Positions 28,207 to 43,606 are shown, numbered from the stretch's first letter. The stretch: 64,000 nt of DNA from Octopus vulgaris (GCA_951406725.2 OX597815.1:64604001-64668000); one strand, 5' to 3'. Notes: generated from the letters alone by a model not told the origin. A program made the numbers and translations.

Positions 28207-28212
<6 letters not shown>
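24312..28212. mobile_element. Head-to-head tandem array of a 277-bp HHR unit (non-LTR retrozyme-like)
   Basis: Left-arm unit starts 24316, 24593, 24870, 25147, 25424, 25701, 25977; inversion at 26008/26009; right-arm starts 26009, 26286 ... 27947; near-identical units; (TA)n flanks. Confidence 0.95.
26207..26257 (+). ncRNA. Type I hammerhead ribozyme (one of 14 copies: 8 on +, 6 on -)
   Basis: AGCTTC-CTGAAGA-tTTCtcttGAAt-GAAA-CAG-tactagtc-CTG-TA^GAAGCT; predicted cut after 26251. Confidence 0.88.
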
Positions 28213-28240
<28 letters not shown>

Positions 28241-28769
28241 GTATACTTATAGGTGTATATGTATACATGTTTATGTATAGCTGTATATGATGTATATGTA
28301 TATATATGGATAAACTGCATTATTATTACTATTATTTATTTATTTTCCTGTACATTCCTGGCGGTCGATAAGGGGTCAAGGATTTCATGAAGGTGCCGAT
28401 GGTCTAAAAAGTTTGGGACCCTGTTCTCGAGTATAAAACTTAATACATGCTGTTGAATAGATACATATATTGCCAGTCTACTCTGAGTTTCGCCCTTGGC
28501 TTCTCAAGTTTATCAATATGTATATTTATGATCTACAAGGAAGTTACCATTCTGAATTGTCAATAATAATCAATTCATTGATTTCTGTATGCTACTGCTA
28601 TTTTTTTTTCTTTCTACTGATCATGGGTAGAGTATATTACCAACAATCTCATTTTTTCCCGTGTTCATATATATATATATACATATATATCAACATAGCC
28701 GTAATGCTCACCTGGCATTGGAAGGTAGTGACAAATGGGTTGACATATTCCGTGTTATGCAACAAACTA

Positions 28770-29642
28770 TTAGATTGTGAGATAAATCCGTTCATTTTTT
28801 TTTTCTGTTTTCTGCTTCTGTTTTGTTTTAGTCATTATTTTTCCCTAACAGTTTTGATAAATCAGATTGATATAGTCTACTTCACTGTTCACAATTTCTT
28901 GCCAATGATCCACTAGCTTGTCAATGCCTTGGCAGTAGAAACCATCCGGTCTAGACTCGAAAAATTTATCAAGCCATGTTTTTAGTTCATCTTTTGTTGA
29001 ACGAAACACCTCACAGATTGTTGGGGAGTGAGTGGAAATGGTGATATTCTGAATGTGCTACATCATGAGAATACGGTAGTTGTGGTAGACGCTCAACCAA
29101 TCTCTAGACTAGCAATTTTGGTTAAATTAGCGACATTGACGATGGTGTTTGTCTCTTTCGTTCAGTTCATGTGGAACTCATACATCAAGTTTTCTGACCT
29201 TAATGATCGAGTGAAGGTGACGTCTGATGGTATCATGAAAGCTTCCCATCTGCTGGACCAATTCTCCAGTGCATCAGTGCAAATCCTCATGGATGAGCTC
29301 GTTCAGTCGATCCTCTTCGAACTGACCAGGTTGGTTGGATCGTGGAGAGTCTACGAGATGGAATTTTCCAGTTCTTGAAGCGTGTAAACCATTTCTATGC
29401 AGTTCTTCCAGTAATAGTGCATTCAGCACACATAAAACAAGTATCTCGAGCGACTTTGGCAGCTTTGGAACTTTGAATGAAAGCAGGGAGAAGCAAATGC
29501 GGAAAATGTCCATTTTATCTACTTTGCACTCCATTTTCACATATCTGTAAAGAGATCAAATTTATTCAGTTTCAAAAACGATATTTTTGTGTTAATTCAA
29601 ATAAAATTAGCAAAAAGAAAACCAGTTTATCTTACAACCCAA
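28770..29642 (-). mobile_element. Internally deleted mariner
   Basis: Degenerate TIRs (ttagattgtgagataaa / tttatcttacaacccaa) with TA flanks; VPHELNE and FYCQGIDKLVDHWQEIV motifs; catalytic core missing. Confidence 0.85.
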
Positions 29643-29825
29643 TAATTCAGTAAAACGCAAACTTATGCAGGAGAAGTTGAAACTATCACCTTGTTGAGGG
29701 ACAACAGACTGAGGGTTTAACACCTTACTGTTGTTGTTGTTGTTGTTTATGCTCAAGGTTAGTCATAACTGGGGCATTACTAATAATCAAAATTCAGAAG
29801 ACTTATCTTTCGTCAATATATCTAT

Positions 29826-29858
<33 letters not shown>

Positions 29859-30250
29859 TATCTATATATATATATATATATTTATTTATATATATATATG
29901 ATATACACAGGCTTATACATACTAGCGTGTATGTACACACACATAAATGTGTGTGCACGTACAGATATATATATATGAATATGTATATGTATATATATAT
30001 ATATGTGTGTGTGTATATATATATATATGCATTTGCACATGTAGGGAAAATTATTGGTGTGTCATAAATGACCGGAAAAGGTTCCCTCATTGGTACACAT
30101 TCTCTTGCCAGAAGGTACAACCTGCATATAGTAAAAAACATATATACATACGTGTTTCCGTATATGCATGTATGTAGGTTCACACATACACACACGCGCG
30201 CACAAACACAACCAAATATATGTAAACAAAATCAAACACATGCACAAGGT

Positions 30251-30472
30251 GTGAGTGTTGTTGGTTCGTCGGGTGTCTGCGTTTTTTAGATGTAACAGAA
30301 TATATTGTAAATGCCCCTAGTGTAAAACACCTGAAAGTAAGTCATAAACAAGCGAGAAAATTTTGCTTCGCTTGTCTATGACTTGCTTTGAGGTGTTTTA
30401 AACCAGGAGCATTTACAATATATTCTCTTACGTCTAAAAAACGCAGACACCCGACGAACTAACAATACTCAC
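30251..30472. repeat. 222-bp imperfect palindrome (foldback or MITE-like)
   Basis: Arms of about 105 bp pair almost end to end around about 30360. Confidence 0.9.
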
Positions 30473-30500
30473 TTCTTATGTATGAGTGTTTCATTTTGTT

Positions 30501-30669
<169 letters not shown>

Positions 30670-31767
30670 ATAGTTACTAATCTACACAAGTACTGAATTA
30701 ATACATGAAGTTGAAAAGGCATAGAGAGTATATATGATGTATTTGTATTAAAATTAATACGCTTCACATGTTTCACATTATATGATTTTCAAATGTATAA
30801 GTATTGAGGAAACTGGAGTTGTGTCGCCAACTGTACCGTCTCTAGGAACGATAAAAGTATGTGACGCACTTTCTGGAAACATATTTTGAACTTCATATAA
30901 ATGTGAAACCGGTTAAGCATATTAATTTTAGTATAAATACCCTATATACATTTTCAACCTGAATTATCCTTCATATGTGTGCGTGTGTGTACGACGAACT
31001 GCTGTAGTTTCCGTTTGTCAAATTCCATTCATAAGGTTTTGGTCAATATGAAGTTATACAAAAAAATCACCCTGCACTATATGGTTTCGAAGTTAGATTC
31101 TTTACCTCACAGCCACATCTGATCCTATATGTATCTAAGTGAAAAATATACTGACTATTCATATTCCATAGAATATTAGCTGCCATTTGGACTTTTTCAC
31201 GGAACAATGGTTCGATTTAAATTAGCAGCAGGCCAGCGTGCAGGTAACTTCCATTGGCTGTGAAAATTTTTCCCAACATTCTGTACCATCATCACGTGGT
31301 GGATTATACACATTATTCCGAAACTGCTGATTTTTACCACATTCTCCAAGTCTCTGTTTGTTAAGTATCATATGTCTACTTATCATTCATTACACAAACA
31401 CATAATTGTACGCGCGCACACACACGCACAAACACACACATACACAAACACTCATACAAACAAAAATAGGCACAATATACACACGCACATATATATATAT
31501 ATATGATTTGCGGTTGCATATATATAAGCATAAGCATGTATATATATGTGTGTGTGTATATATATGTGTATATATATATATGCATACATACATATACATA
31601 CATGCATATATGTATAGATATATATGAACATACATATAATTATTCCTATACGTATACACGAATGCTATATACGTACACACACGCATACATACACATGCTT
31701 GCATATGAAAATAGATAGATAGATATTCGAGTTTATATCTATATATATATACATATATATGTATATG

Positions 31768-31934
<167 letters not shown>

Positions 31935-32713
31935 ACAGATAGACAGACAGATAGATATCCGTGTTCATATATATCTATGTATTTGTGTCTGTGTACAAAT
32001 GTATGTAAATTTTCAAACAGGTACACAGACACACACACACACACACGTACGCACATGCATGCATACGCACTCATATGCACACATGCACGCATACACATAT
32101 ACACATATATACATATATATAATACACTTATACACACATATAGACATGTTTTGTCGATAAGGTTGTGTGCTACATCGAAGAAGAATCGTTCTTAATATTG
32201 AGCTACTAGTGTATTCTCTATATCTCGGTATATGTAAGGTTGTGGCTTGTGTTCTGTATATGCAACGATAGTTGCTTGTTCTATTTATTTACATTCAGTG
32301 CTAAGCAACTTTCTCCAGAGACTGAGCTGGCATCGGATGTCTGTTTCTCGGCATGATTTCCCGTGTCTCAATGAATTTCCGAGATATCCAATTTCTTCAA
32401 TATACGCATGAACGTCTTGCAGTGTATCTGAATAAGTCTTTGAATGTGTGTTAATGTTTGTGTGTGAGAGAGAGAGAGAGTGTGTGTGTGGGTGTGTGTG
32501 TGTGTGAGTGTGTGTGTGTATGTGTCTGTGTGTACATTATGTACATTACATTAGATGCTATTCAATTGTACATGCCTGTGTGTGCGAGGCGAAACACACA
32601 CACACAATACACACACACATATACTCATACACACAGATGTATATATGGTTGCATTTTCAAAAACAAATTTTCTTGTGTGTGTGTGTAACTATGTATGTGT
32701 ACGTATATATATA

Positions 32714-32775
<62 letters not shown>

Positions 32776-32953
32776 TGTATGTATGTATGTATGTATGTAT
32801 GTATGTATGTATGTATGTGTATGTGCGCGTTTGTATATAAGTATATATATCGTTTAGCATCTATCTATCAGTCTATATATATATATATATACATACGTAC
32901 ATACATACATACATACTTTCATACATACATACATACATACATACATACATACA

Positions 32954-32987
<34 letters not shown>

Positions 32988-33314
32988 AGCGTTTGTATCG
33001 ATGCATGTGCTTTTATGTCTATATAATTAATCGTGTTGGTTTTTATTTCCATGTGTGTATGCGTGTATATTTATGTATGTGTATGTGTGTATGTGCGTGC
33101 ATGTGTGCATGTGTGTGTGTTGTGCGTGTTCCTTAGAAACTATTCAACTCTATATGTCTTTGTATGCATCTACGTGTGTGTGTGTATATATATATATATA
33201 ATTCTGTATATATGCGTTTGTATGTGAATGCATGTATTTTATGTGTGTTTGGTTTGAATTTATATGTGTGTGTTAGTGAGTGTCTGTTTATGTATATGCG
33301 TGTATGTGTGTCAG

Positions 33315-33390
33315 TATGTTCGCAATATGAGTGTACATGTCTATATACGTGGCCCAATTGATAAAACATCGCACTACGAACTCAAAGACT
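33315..33390 (+). CDS. Candidate cadherin-gene exon: YVRNMSVHVYIRGPIDKTSHYELKD
   Basis: tcAG acceptor, gtaagt donor, open frame; phase 0 start matches exon 19847-19956. Confidence 0.3.
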
Positions 33391-34378
33391 GTAAGTTCCT
33401 ATCTGTTGCTGGTAATTCGTTATATCTGTGAGCGCCATCTGTTCTGCCTCGATTTATATTCATATTAAAATTCGGCAGTACAGTATCAGAATTTATCATC
33501 CGTTATTGATTTTATTGATATTATTGATATTATTACGGAGTTCATTCAAATTTCAATATTAGTTCGAAGACTTTGAATTTTTAATAGATTTGATGACAGC
33601 AGGTACACACTGGGGACAACATTCTTATAAGACTCTCATTTACTTTTGTCCAAACATATCATTACTATTTCAAATGTGATCGTCAGGATCGTCAGAGCGT
33701 TGAGCAAAATGCTTAGAATTATTTATTTAGTCTCTTTACATTACGGTGTTCTTTATTGTCCCAAAATTTCACTTAACAAACCTTACAAGAATTATGCCCC
33801 TTCTTTTCTTTTTCTCAGATTTATAAGATTCCATAGAAAGAACTTTTCTCTATTAAATAGTTGGATAATCTCAGATGATTGAAGGTTTTCAACTTTATTA
33901 CTTATATGAGACGCTGTCTCCGGTTAAGATGAATTGTCTTAATTGACTTTTATTAATTAGTTAAAATGACCATGGATATTTCTTTGTATGATAAAAACAC
34001 TGAACCGGATGAGTTTATAACTGTATAAAACAATATGGACGACGGGGTGTCTTTTGAGATTCTTATTCAAATGAAAATTGTCTTCTATGGTGCAATGATA
34101 ACAGTAAAAACCAGAATATAAAACAGGGTTGGCGTGTAAGACATACGAAATAGACATGATTGTGCAACTGAGTAATTTACTTCGTGACAGCACGTAGTTC
34201 CAGGACTGAAGCCATTGTGTGTTACCTTAGGCAAGTCTTTCAACATAGTTTCAGGTTGAAGAATACTTTGACAAGGGATTTTTTTTTGTAGGCAGAAATT
34301 GTGCAGATACGTATACTCGCACATTATATGTGTGCGCGTGCATGCGTGTTTGTATGTATGTGTGAGTGTGTGTGTATG

Positions 34379-34436
<58 letters not shown>

Positions 34437-35761
34437 GGGCGTTTGTGTGTGTGTATAAACATTCTCTTCTAAATATTTCAAATCTTCCTGTAAGGAAGGA
34501 GTTGGTTTCTAACAAAGATCGTTAAAATGAAGCTAACAAAACGATGTCACATCCTAAACAAGAAAATGTCTTGCTTATAGTTACTGTTCGCTTGCAGATT
34601 ATATTTGTAATGAATATGTTACAACTGTAATGTGCGTTTAAAAAATATCTAATTCTAAATCGGCAGATTGAGTTTCAAATTAGGTAATTCTATTGGGTAA
34701 TCGTCTATTCATCAATTTCAAGGTTAATATTAAGAATATAATCAGATTTTAAACACATTTTTTCAAAGAATGCTTATGACACAAGCGGAAATGGGAACAA
34801 CTGTCTTTTCGTGCAAAGCAGTTCACATGACACGTGGAGAAAATGTAGAAGTTGTGCATAAAGAAAATAAACTGAACCATATTGTGTACAACGTATGCTT
34901 CTGGGTGATTTTGAAATATTTTCTAGCATGAACTGACCATGCTCTATACATGGGATTGTTGGCAGCATGTACTATGTCACTTGTGCGCATGGTAGTAATT
35001 TGCTTTTACTATGGTAATTTCCTTGATGTCTACTGAAGAAAAAGGTTTTATATGAAAGAGTGGTTAAATTTACAAAGATCTATAAAAGTTGGTGGTTTTC
35101 AGGAATTGTTCTATTCGAATAGTTCTGTTCTCTATGCCTCTTGTGTGATGTGCAAATATTTCAGAGGTTTAAACTCTTCTATATTATTTTCATGTAAATA
35201 TATTTTACTGATGCAAACCTATGGTAATATAATATATTCCAATAATATGTGCTCTAAACACAACATATTGTGTTGTTACCATATACAGGGTATTTTTTAA
35301 TTGAATTTCATTTTTCATTTGAATTCATTTATCATCTGAGATCAGTTACCAGCATATGTCCATCTAACAGCATGTGATGTTTTGTGCTGCTGGCAACTTC
35401 TCGCTAATGGCTTGCAGAATAGTAATTTACTCTTACTATGATAATTGCTACAAAATCAGATGGAGGGATGGTCGTATAGAAAGACCTATTAGAAACAGGG
35501 CCTTCAAAAACAGTCCCGTCAGGAGGATACATCCATGTTCTATATATATTTGTTAATATATGTGGGTTTAGGAGAATTTAGTTCAGCTATATATTTCAAG
35601 TACTGAGAAATATTGTTATTCTAAGTATTATATAGTATCTTCTAAAGTCTGTGTACATAATACGTTATGTTCCACGGGTTTGTGTTCTAAATAAGATACA
35701 TACACATATACACATACATATATATCTATATATCTATGTATTTATCTATCTATCTATCTAT

Positions 35762-36485
<724 letters not shown>

Positions 36486-36507
36486 AAATATATATATATA
36501 TATATGT

Positions 36508-36559
<52 letters not shown>

Positions 36560-36806
36560 CTAACAATATTGGCTTGCGGTCGTATATGTATTAGTATATA
36601 TAACACATGCGGAACGGTGGCGTCATTCGAAGGCTAAAACAAAATCCGATGGAATAATGGGACCATATTGTGTCTTTCTCTTCAGGAAGAAAATAGGAAA
36701 TCCGTTGGAAAAACAAAAACAGAACAGAGGCGGAGCAAAAACTAAGGTACTTGCTACTAAGGTATCGGTTACTTTTATGTATATATACACACATATATAT
36801 GTATGT

Positions 36807-36869
<63 letters not shown>

Positions 36870-37102
36870 AGAAAAGGTAAGTTTAAGAAGAACAATTCAA
36901 ACTGTTTGAGGGATCCAAAAAGAGAGAAAAGGCGATTTCTAATAAGGATTCATCTTATTCATGAAAATCAGCCAAAAGAGGTAATAGGGATATGAAAATA
37001 ATATTTTAGGAGATTCGTTATAGGTATAAGAATATACCATAAACAAGTATTTAAAAAATGGAGAAAAGATGTTGAAACAGAAATAGATTTATTATAAAAC
37101 TG

Positions 37103-37252
37103 GATTCAATGCATACGTACGTTTCGAAAAACAATGCAAAAATGTAAGAAAAAATTTAAATCATAGTGATTATAGTTATAACTGAAAATCAAAAATTTAA
37201 ATTAAGAATAAAAATTTAATTTATGCATTGTCATTCTCATCAGTGAGGAATC
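37103..37252 (-). ncRNA. Type I HHR with an approximately 110-nt stem II domain
   Basis: Minus strand: CTGATGA-GAATGACAATGC...GCATTGTTTTTC-GAAA-CGTACG-TA; palindromic stem III ACGTACGT; imperfect stem I. Confidence 0.72.
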
Positions 37253-37755
37253 TTTTGAAGGATATCAAAAAAATTTAATACGATGAATTAAAATGAGATA
37301 AAAATAAATTTTTAAAAAAATAAAATAAAATACAATAAGAGAAAACACAGATGTGGCAATAAGAGAAATCGGATAATTTACAAACCAAGTTATGAACGGG
37401 AAAAATAATGATATCAACAATAATAATAGTGGAAGAGACGATAAAGAAAAACAGAAAATAAGAATATATATTAATTAATTCACAAGTAATAGAGAGAGAA
37501 AAAAGCCGTATAGACATAACACATAAGGAATTCAAATATAAGCACATACATACATACACAACACATACACCACATACGACACACACGTGCACATACCCAC
37601 ACACACATACATAAGGGTGCATATGTAAGGGATGGATACAAACATATAAAAAAATAAAGAAGCACGCATTCACAACAAAAAACGTATATATATACATTTC
37701 CATATACATATATATACATATATTTCTACATACATATATATATATACACACATAT

Positions 37756-37799
<44 letters not shown>

Positions 37800-38299
37800 G
37801 CACACATATACACATAAATATACACACACGTACAAAAACACTCACATACATAAACATGTACATACATTGGGGACACACCCATACAAGAAGGAAGAGAAAA
37901 AAACGTGCAAAAAAACATACAAACCTGCATGCAAATGTATACATGCACACGCACACATACATATATATATATGTATATATATATATACACATACGCATAC
38001 CCATATGCATACATGTACACACATATCAAATAAGAACAAACACACACATATACATTTACATATATACACACATATATACACATACATACACATGCATATA
38101 TATATATACATATATATACACACATATATATATACATACGTGTGTACTTGTACACATACAAACACATTCATGCATATATACATACATATATATAACTAAG
38201 AACACAAGTGCATAGACAGTCGCACTGGCACACATACATGCACACATCGAGAAGATAAGCATACACTAAATACCACAGAAAGAAAGGGGGGAGGTAATC

Positions 38300-39115
38300 A
38301 ATAAACCTATTTAAGGTTAAAGAAGAGGAATTTGGACATGTGCTTACAAGAAAAAATCTTTCATCTCTCGAATTTAAGACAGAACCGTTCATTTTCATAA
38401 TTATATACGACTCCTCAAGGCAAAGCGGACAATTTCTATTTCTAATCCTATAAGAGGGGGTAGAGGAAACAACATTCCAGGAAATTGAGAAATTTATGTT
38501 ATCTCTTTTAAGTTGCCATACCTTTTTGGATAAACTAGTACTATTTTCTTTCCGACGATCATTAAAAGATGATTTATGATTATTCAAACGTAATTTAATA
38601 GAACCTAGAGATATCATGTGTAGTAATATAATGGAACCTAGAGAGATCATATCTAGTAATAGTGGCTTTATATACAACATTTTTCATTTTACAATTACCT
38701 TTAACTTCACAAGTGTTAGGATTTCTACAGCTACAATTCTTACTAATATCAGACGCACTGTTGCTATGTGTATATGTATTGGTAGAGATAGAGTTTGCGT
38801 TGGTATGGGGATCGTTGGTAGAGGGTATAGGGCTATTTGAGTAGAAGGGGTTAGTATTAGTAGTAGGTTTAGTTTTCAATTGTTAAAGGAAGAAATAATC
38901 CTAAATAAGTTCGGAGAAACAGAAAAGCCAAATCTTATCATTCTGTTATTGAATATCTCAGCATACCTAGATTTACTAAAATTAGATTTAATAATAGAAC
39001 GAATAGACTTTATAAAGTCAGACTTCAAATATTTAGCAAATGGGAATATAATCGAAATTATGTTATTATTGTGTTTCTTGTTGGTAGGTGGTTTTTATTA
39101 TACGGGTCACCCATT
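38300..39115 (-). pseudogene. PLE-type GIY-YIG endonuclease (Naiad-like Cys-rich form); no RT seen
   Basis: IFN..MIRFGFS..PN linker, CSCRNPNTCEVKGNCKMKNVVYKA, RLNNHKSSF...TSLSKKVWQLK, CPLCLEE, LNSRDE. Confidence 0.8.
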
Positions 39116-39249
39116 AGAATATATGGTATAGGTTTCTTTTTACCTCCCCTATTTTCACTACCATTACTAATATTGTTCTTATTATTGTTGTTGTTGTTAT
39201 TATTATTATTATTATTATTATCAAAGTATTGAACAATAATTATCACACT

Positions 39250-39800
39250 ATACAACCCTCAACCTCTTAATAATTGATAACTTTAGCACTAACTATAATA
39301 ACGAGCCAAACACTGATTCCTCCCTAGATAACAATCCCCTCACAAGCTCATCCGGAATATCCCCTACAAACCTATGCAGCTGCAGACGCCCAACCTCCTG
39401 TCCCTTAGATAACCGCTGTCTCACTAAAACATGCTTTATATGGGCACAGTATTAACTAACAACTGCAACTACATTTACATCCGCTCATGTAGCACCACTT
39501 CAAAGCTAGAGTGAGCAATCACTACTCTAGCTTCAAATCCCATACAAAATCGAACAGTACATCGTTATCTCAACTTATCAATAAACTAACTCTTGACTCA
39601 ACTCCTTATACTCTCAAATGGTCCATAATCACCCACGCTAAACCTTACAGCAGGTATAATTAGTGTGATCTCTGCATAGCCGAGGTCATTGCTATTTTGC
39701 AATCCACGGACCTTGTCAATGAACGCAGCAGTATAACATTTACCTGCAAACATCGGGCATTAAATCTATTTTCGAAATACAAATAATTACAACCCCACCC
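39250..39800 (+). pseudogene. Second, divergent GIY-YIG endonuclease relic
   Basis: CSCRRPTSCPLDNRCLTK, RVSNHYSSFK...STSLSQ, LKWSII, CDLCIAE, TCKHR. Confidence 0.78.
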
Positions 39801-40761
39801 CACTCTTGTCTCCCAATAACTTTCATATATTCTTTCTCCCACTTATCCACCCTCACTATATCTGCGTATTAAGCCAACAATCTTTTTCTCCCCCTTTAAT
39901 TCTTTATTCGTCAGTTACAATTTTCTATCCGTATTTTCACTTGCTACCTGAAATATTCCTCTCTCTTTATATTTCTACTCCCTCCCCTCCTACTCTCTCC
40001 ACCCGTAAACGTACAGATGCATACGCCTACATTCACCTTCACCTCTTCATTCCGTTTTTTGTTTCTTGTACCAATTTACGCCTACTCCCCACCCTACCTT
40101 GCTTTATCTATAAATATTTTTTTCCACCCACGATCAAAAATATTTCCCCACTCTCTCCCCTGCAATTTCTCTTCTCTTCAAATGCCCTATCTCACAACTG
40201 AATTCTGTGATTAAGCTAAAACTATTATATTATCTATCACCGACCCGTCCAATTTCTCCTTTCATTCCCCTATATTTTATTTTATTTTATTTATTCGTTT
40301 TTTTTCTCTTCTTTCTTCCCTTCTTTTATTTCTTATTTCCCCCCTCATTTATATATCCCTCACGCACATTCTGATTGAATCTTTGCGTCAACATGTACCT
40401 CCTTGCGACAATGTAGCCTTTAATCTAATCAAGATATATTTAGCCAAATGAGCAGCCGGCGATTTACATCTCACTTGGATTTTACCACTTTTGAGGTTCC
40501 ACTCGCTATGAAATATATGTAGACCGGATTTCCTATACTCCATTTCGTAACTCTTGTACTCTTTTTCGCACACACGGCAACTCTGTTTGCTTACCAAGGA
40601 ATATAAAAACCTTTTTTCAGCTCATCTAAAAGAGAAAAAAATCCGCAACCTCCGTCTCAATAAACCACTATTATTCCTGAAAGTTGTTTTTTCATATTCA
40701 CTCTGAATTGCTCGAAGCTAACTTTCTTCCTACACTTCGATCCCTAGATCTTATATTTATA

Positions 40762-40796
<35 letters not shown>

Positions 40797-40801
<5 letters not shown>

Positions 40802-42520
40802 AGATCTTTATTATTGAATCCTTAAAATTTATACTTCAGAACAATTATTTCCTATTTGATGACACATACTATCGTCAGTAATGTGGAATTGCGATGGGAA
40901 CGAAAGGAGCTCCTGTTCTTGCGAACCTAATAATGTGTTATTTTGAATTCACCTCATATGAAGTATCACTTCAGAAATATGGTTACCCATTTTACCTCTA
41001 CATAAGAGAAAATTGGAAGTGATACCTGGATGACTGCTTTATCATCTGGAAGGAGAACATCGACAAACTTTTGGATTTCAAAACAACACTAAATAACATA
41101 AATAGTAACATTCAATTCACAATGGAATATAACAAAGAACAACTACCATTTTTAGACATCATGATAAAAAAAAGTTAACAATGAAATCATAACTGATATT
41201 TATTATAAACCAACTGATTCAAAACAATATCTTCTTTTTAACTCATGCCACCCGAAACACATAAAAATAAACATCCCTTTTAACTTAGCAAAAAGGATCT
41301 GCACAATAGTGTCTGATAGAACAACTCGGGACCTTCGTCTTCAAGACATCAAAACAACACTTATTGAAAGACAATATCCACCCTCTCTTATCGACGTGGG
41401 AATTAAACGTGCCAAACAATTAGACACAAAAACACTAAGAACAAAAAACATAGCACCACACCTCAAACCAAAACATTACTTTTTATATCAACACACAACC
41501 CCAGAAACAGTGAGGCATTCAACACTATTGTGCAAACTCTCCTTTTACTAACTAGTGATCCAAAAATGAACGACATCCTGAAAACACACAAACTCATCAA
41601 ATGCAAAAAACAAGACAAATCGCTAAAGAGACTACTAACAAATGCGAAGCTTTACAAAACAACCACGAAACCAACGGTTCAAAAATGTGGACGCCCAAAT
41701 TGTGGAACCTGCCCCAACCTGCTTGAAGGCTCGGATTTCCTTTTCAAACAAGGACAGAGGTTCAAAATTAAAACTAGTTTCACCTGTGCCTCTGAGAACC
41801 TAATCTATGTAATAACCTGCTCGGGTTGCGGTCATCAGTACATTGGACAAACGAGTATGACCTTGAGAAAGAGAATCACTCTACATATGGAGCAAATCCG
41901 CTTCCCGCAATACAGACAAATTTCTCTCAGTGAACACATAGAAAAATGTGCAGGTAACATCAAACCAAATTTCACAGTCTTCCCTTTCTACCAGTGCAAA
42001 GACGCAATCTCTCAACTAGAACGTTTAAATAAAGAAACTGTTTTCATTGAAAAATACAAAACACGTCTTAGTATGCACGCATAACCAACTTTTATATTTT
42101 TACATATTCCATTCATGATTACATCACTGTACATAAATCCCCTACTAAACAAGGTTTTTAAAACCTGTCTCTGTTCTGTACACATATTTAATCCCCACCC
42201 ATTACCGAAAGCTGAACTGGTATCTCCCTTACACACAACAATAACAATAATAACAACCAATTACCTCCCTTTATTTATCTACTTGGGAAGTCATTCACTC
42301 GTGAATTTCATCACACACAACATGGACCAAATTTCTTCTTAAGAAAAAATATATATTCAAATAAATAAAACATAATATCATGAATAACGATAGCGAAACC
42401 GGTCGATATATTAAAAATTATATTAAAACTGTGTATGTGTGCGTATTTTCCTATTTTAATTTCTTACATACATTACAACTCACCACGTGGGGATAATCGA
42501 AATTTCTCTTTTCTGTTACT
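40797..42520 (+). mobile_element. Penelope-like element (Neptune type), 5'-truncated
   Basis: GIAMGT, YLDDCF and LPFLD RT motifs; CGRPNCGTC plus NLIYVITC..C..QYIG (41530-42084); (TA)n flanks. Confidence 0.92.
42375..42409 (+). ncRNA. Minimal HHR in the PLE 3' UTR, A3-U8 variant
   Basis: ATATC-ATGAATA-acgatagc-GAAA-CCGG-TC^GATAT. Confidence 0.65.
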
Positions 42521-42566
42521 ACTATATATATATGTATAAATATATATTTATACATATATATATATT

Positions 42567-42602
<36 letters not shown>

Positions 42603-42689
42603 TATATACATATATACATATATACATATATACATATATATATATATGTATATACATATATATATATATACATATATACATATACACGT

Positions 42690-43330
42690 GTGTAGTAATA
42701 AGGGGGATAAAAATATGTAATTAAATCTATACGGTGGTTTAACACGAGTGGCTGGCACGTATTGATGACTGTTGATAACTACACGGACGCTTGCGTGATA
42801 CGATGGTTTTACTTTAATTACATCATTATCTGCACCCTCACAGGCATATCACATATATGTAAAGAGAAAAGATAAAAAAACACAAAATATTTGTTTTACA
42901 GGATTTGAGAGTATATTACATCCATGATAATAAAGGTATTATACAATTTTGTACAAAATAAGGTTTTGCTCTTTCAACATAATTGAAGGACCGGTTTCGC
43001 ATTTCTCATCAAACTGAGAGTTGAAAAGATATATTGTTGGGGTTGGGGGCCAAAATATATTGTTAGGGGAGATAATTGTTCACAGGTAAATCTGTAACTT
43101 TTCTTTTTTCTTTTTTGTGTTTTCTCTGTTTTATTCTGGCTTATATATCTTGCATTAGATGAGGTAAGTCCTTTATTTTCAATATGGGTTCATATTTAAT
43201 TCTGGTTTATATTTTTGAATAAATGAGGCTTCTTTATTCAGTCTTATTTATATTGAAGTTCAGAAGGCAAGTTGATAAAATGGGACAATTACGAATTGTG
43301 GTTGTAATCGTTCTGCACAATATTTTCTAC
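42690..43330 (-). mobile_element. pLTR-like relic with a degenerate minimal HHR near 42985-43015
   Basis: Minus strand TTGATGA-gaaatgc-GAAACCGGTC; stem I decayed; boundaries approximate. Confidence 0.45.
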
Positions 43331-43468
43331 CTTATGTATGTATGTATGTATGTATGTATGTATGTATGTATGTATGTATGTATGTATGTATGTATGTGTG
43401 TATGTATGTATGTATGTATGTATGTATGTATGTATGTATGCTTGTATGTATCTATGTATGTATGTGTG

Positions 43469-43506
<38 letters not shown>

Positions 43507-43508
43507 TT

Positions 43509-43551
<43 letters not shown>

Positions 43552-43552
43552 T

Positions 43553-43606
<54 letters not shown>

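Noticed and set aside
24312-28212. CRISPR array or plain satellite interpretation
   Set aside because: No unique spacers, eukaryotic context, and every unit contains a full HHR.
30865-30920. Possible HHR relic (acat...atgt-GAAACCGGTT)
   Set aside because: Core too degenerate and stem I only about 3 bp.
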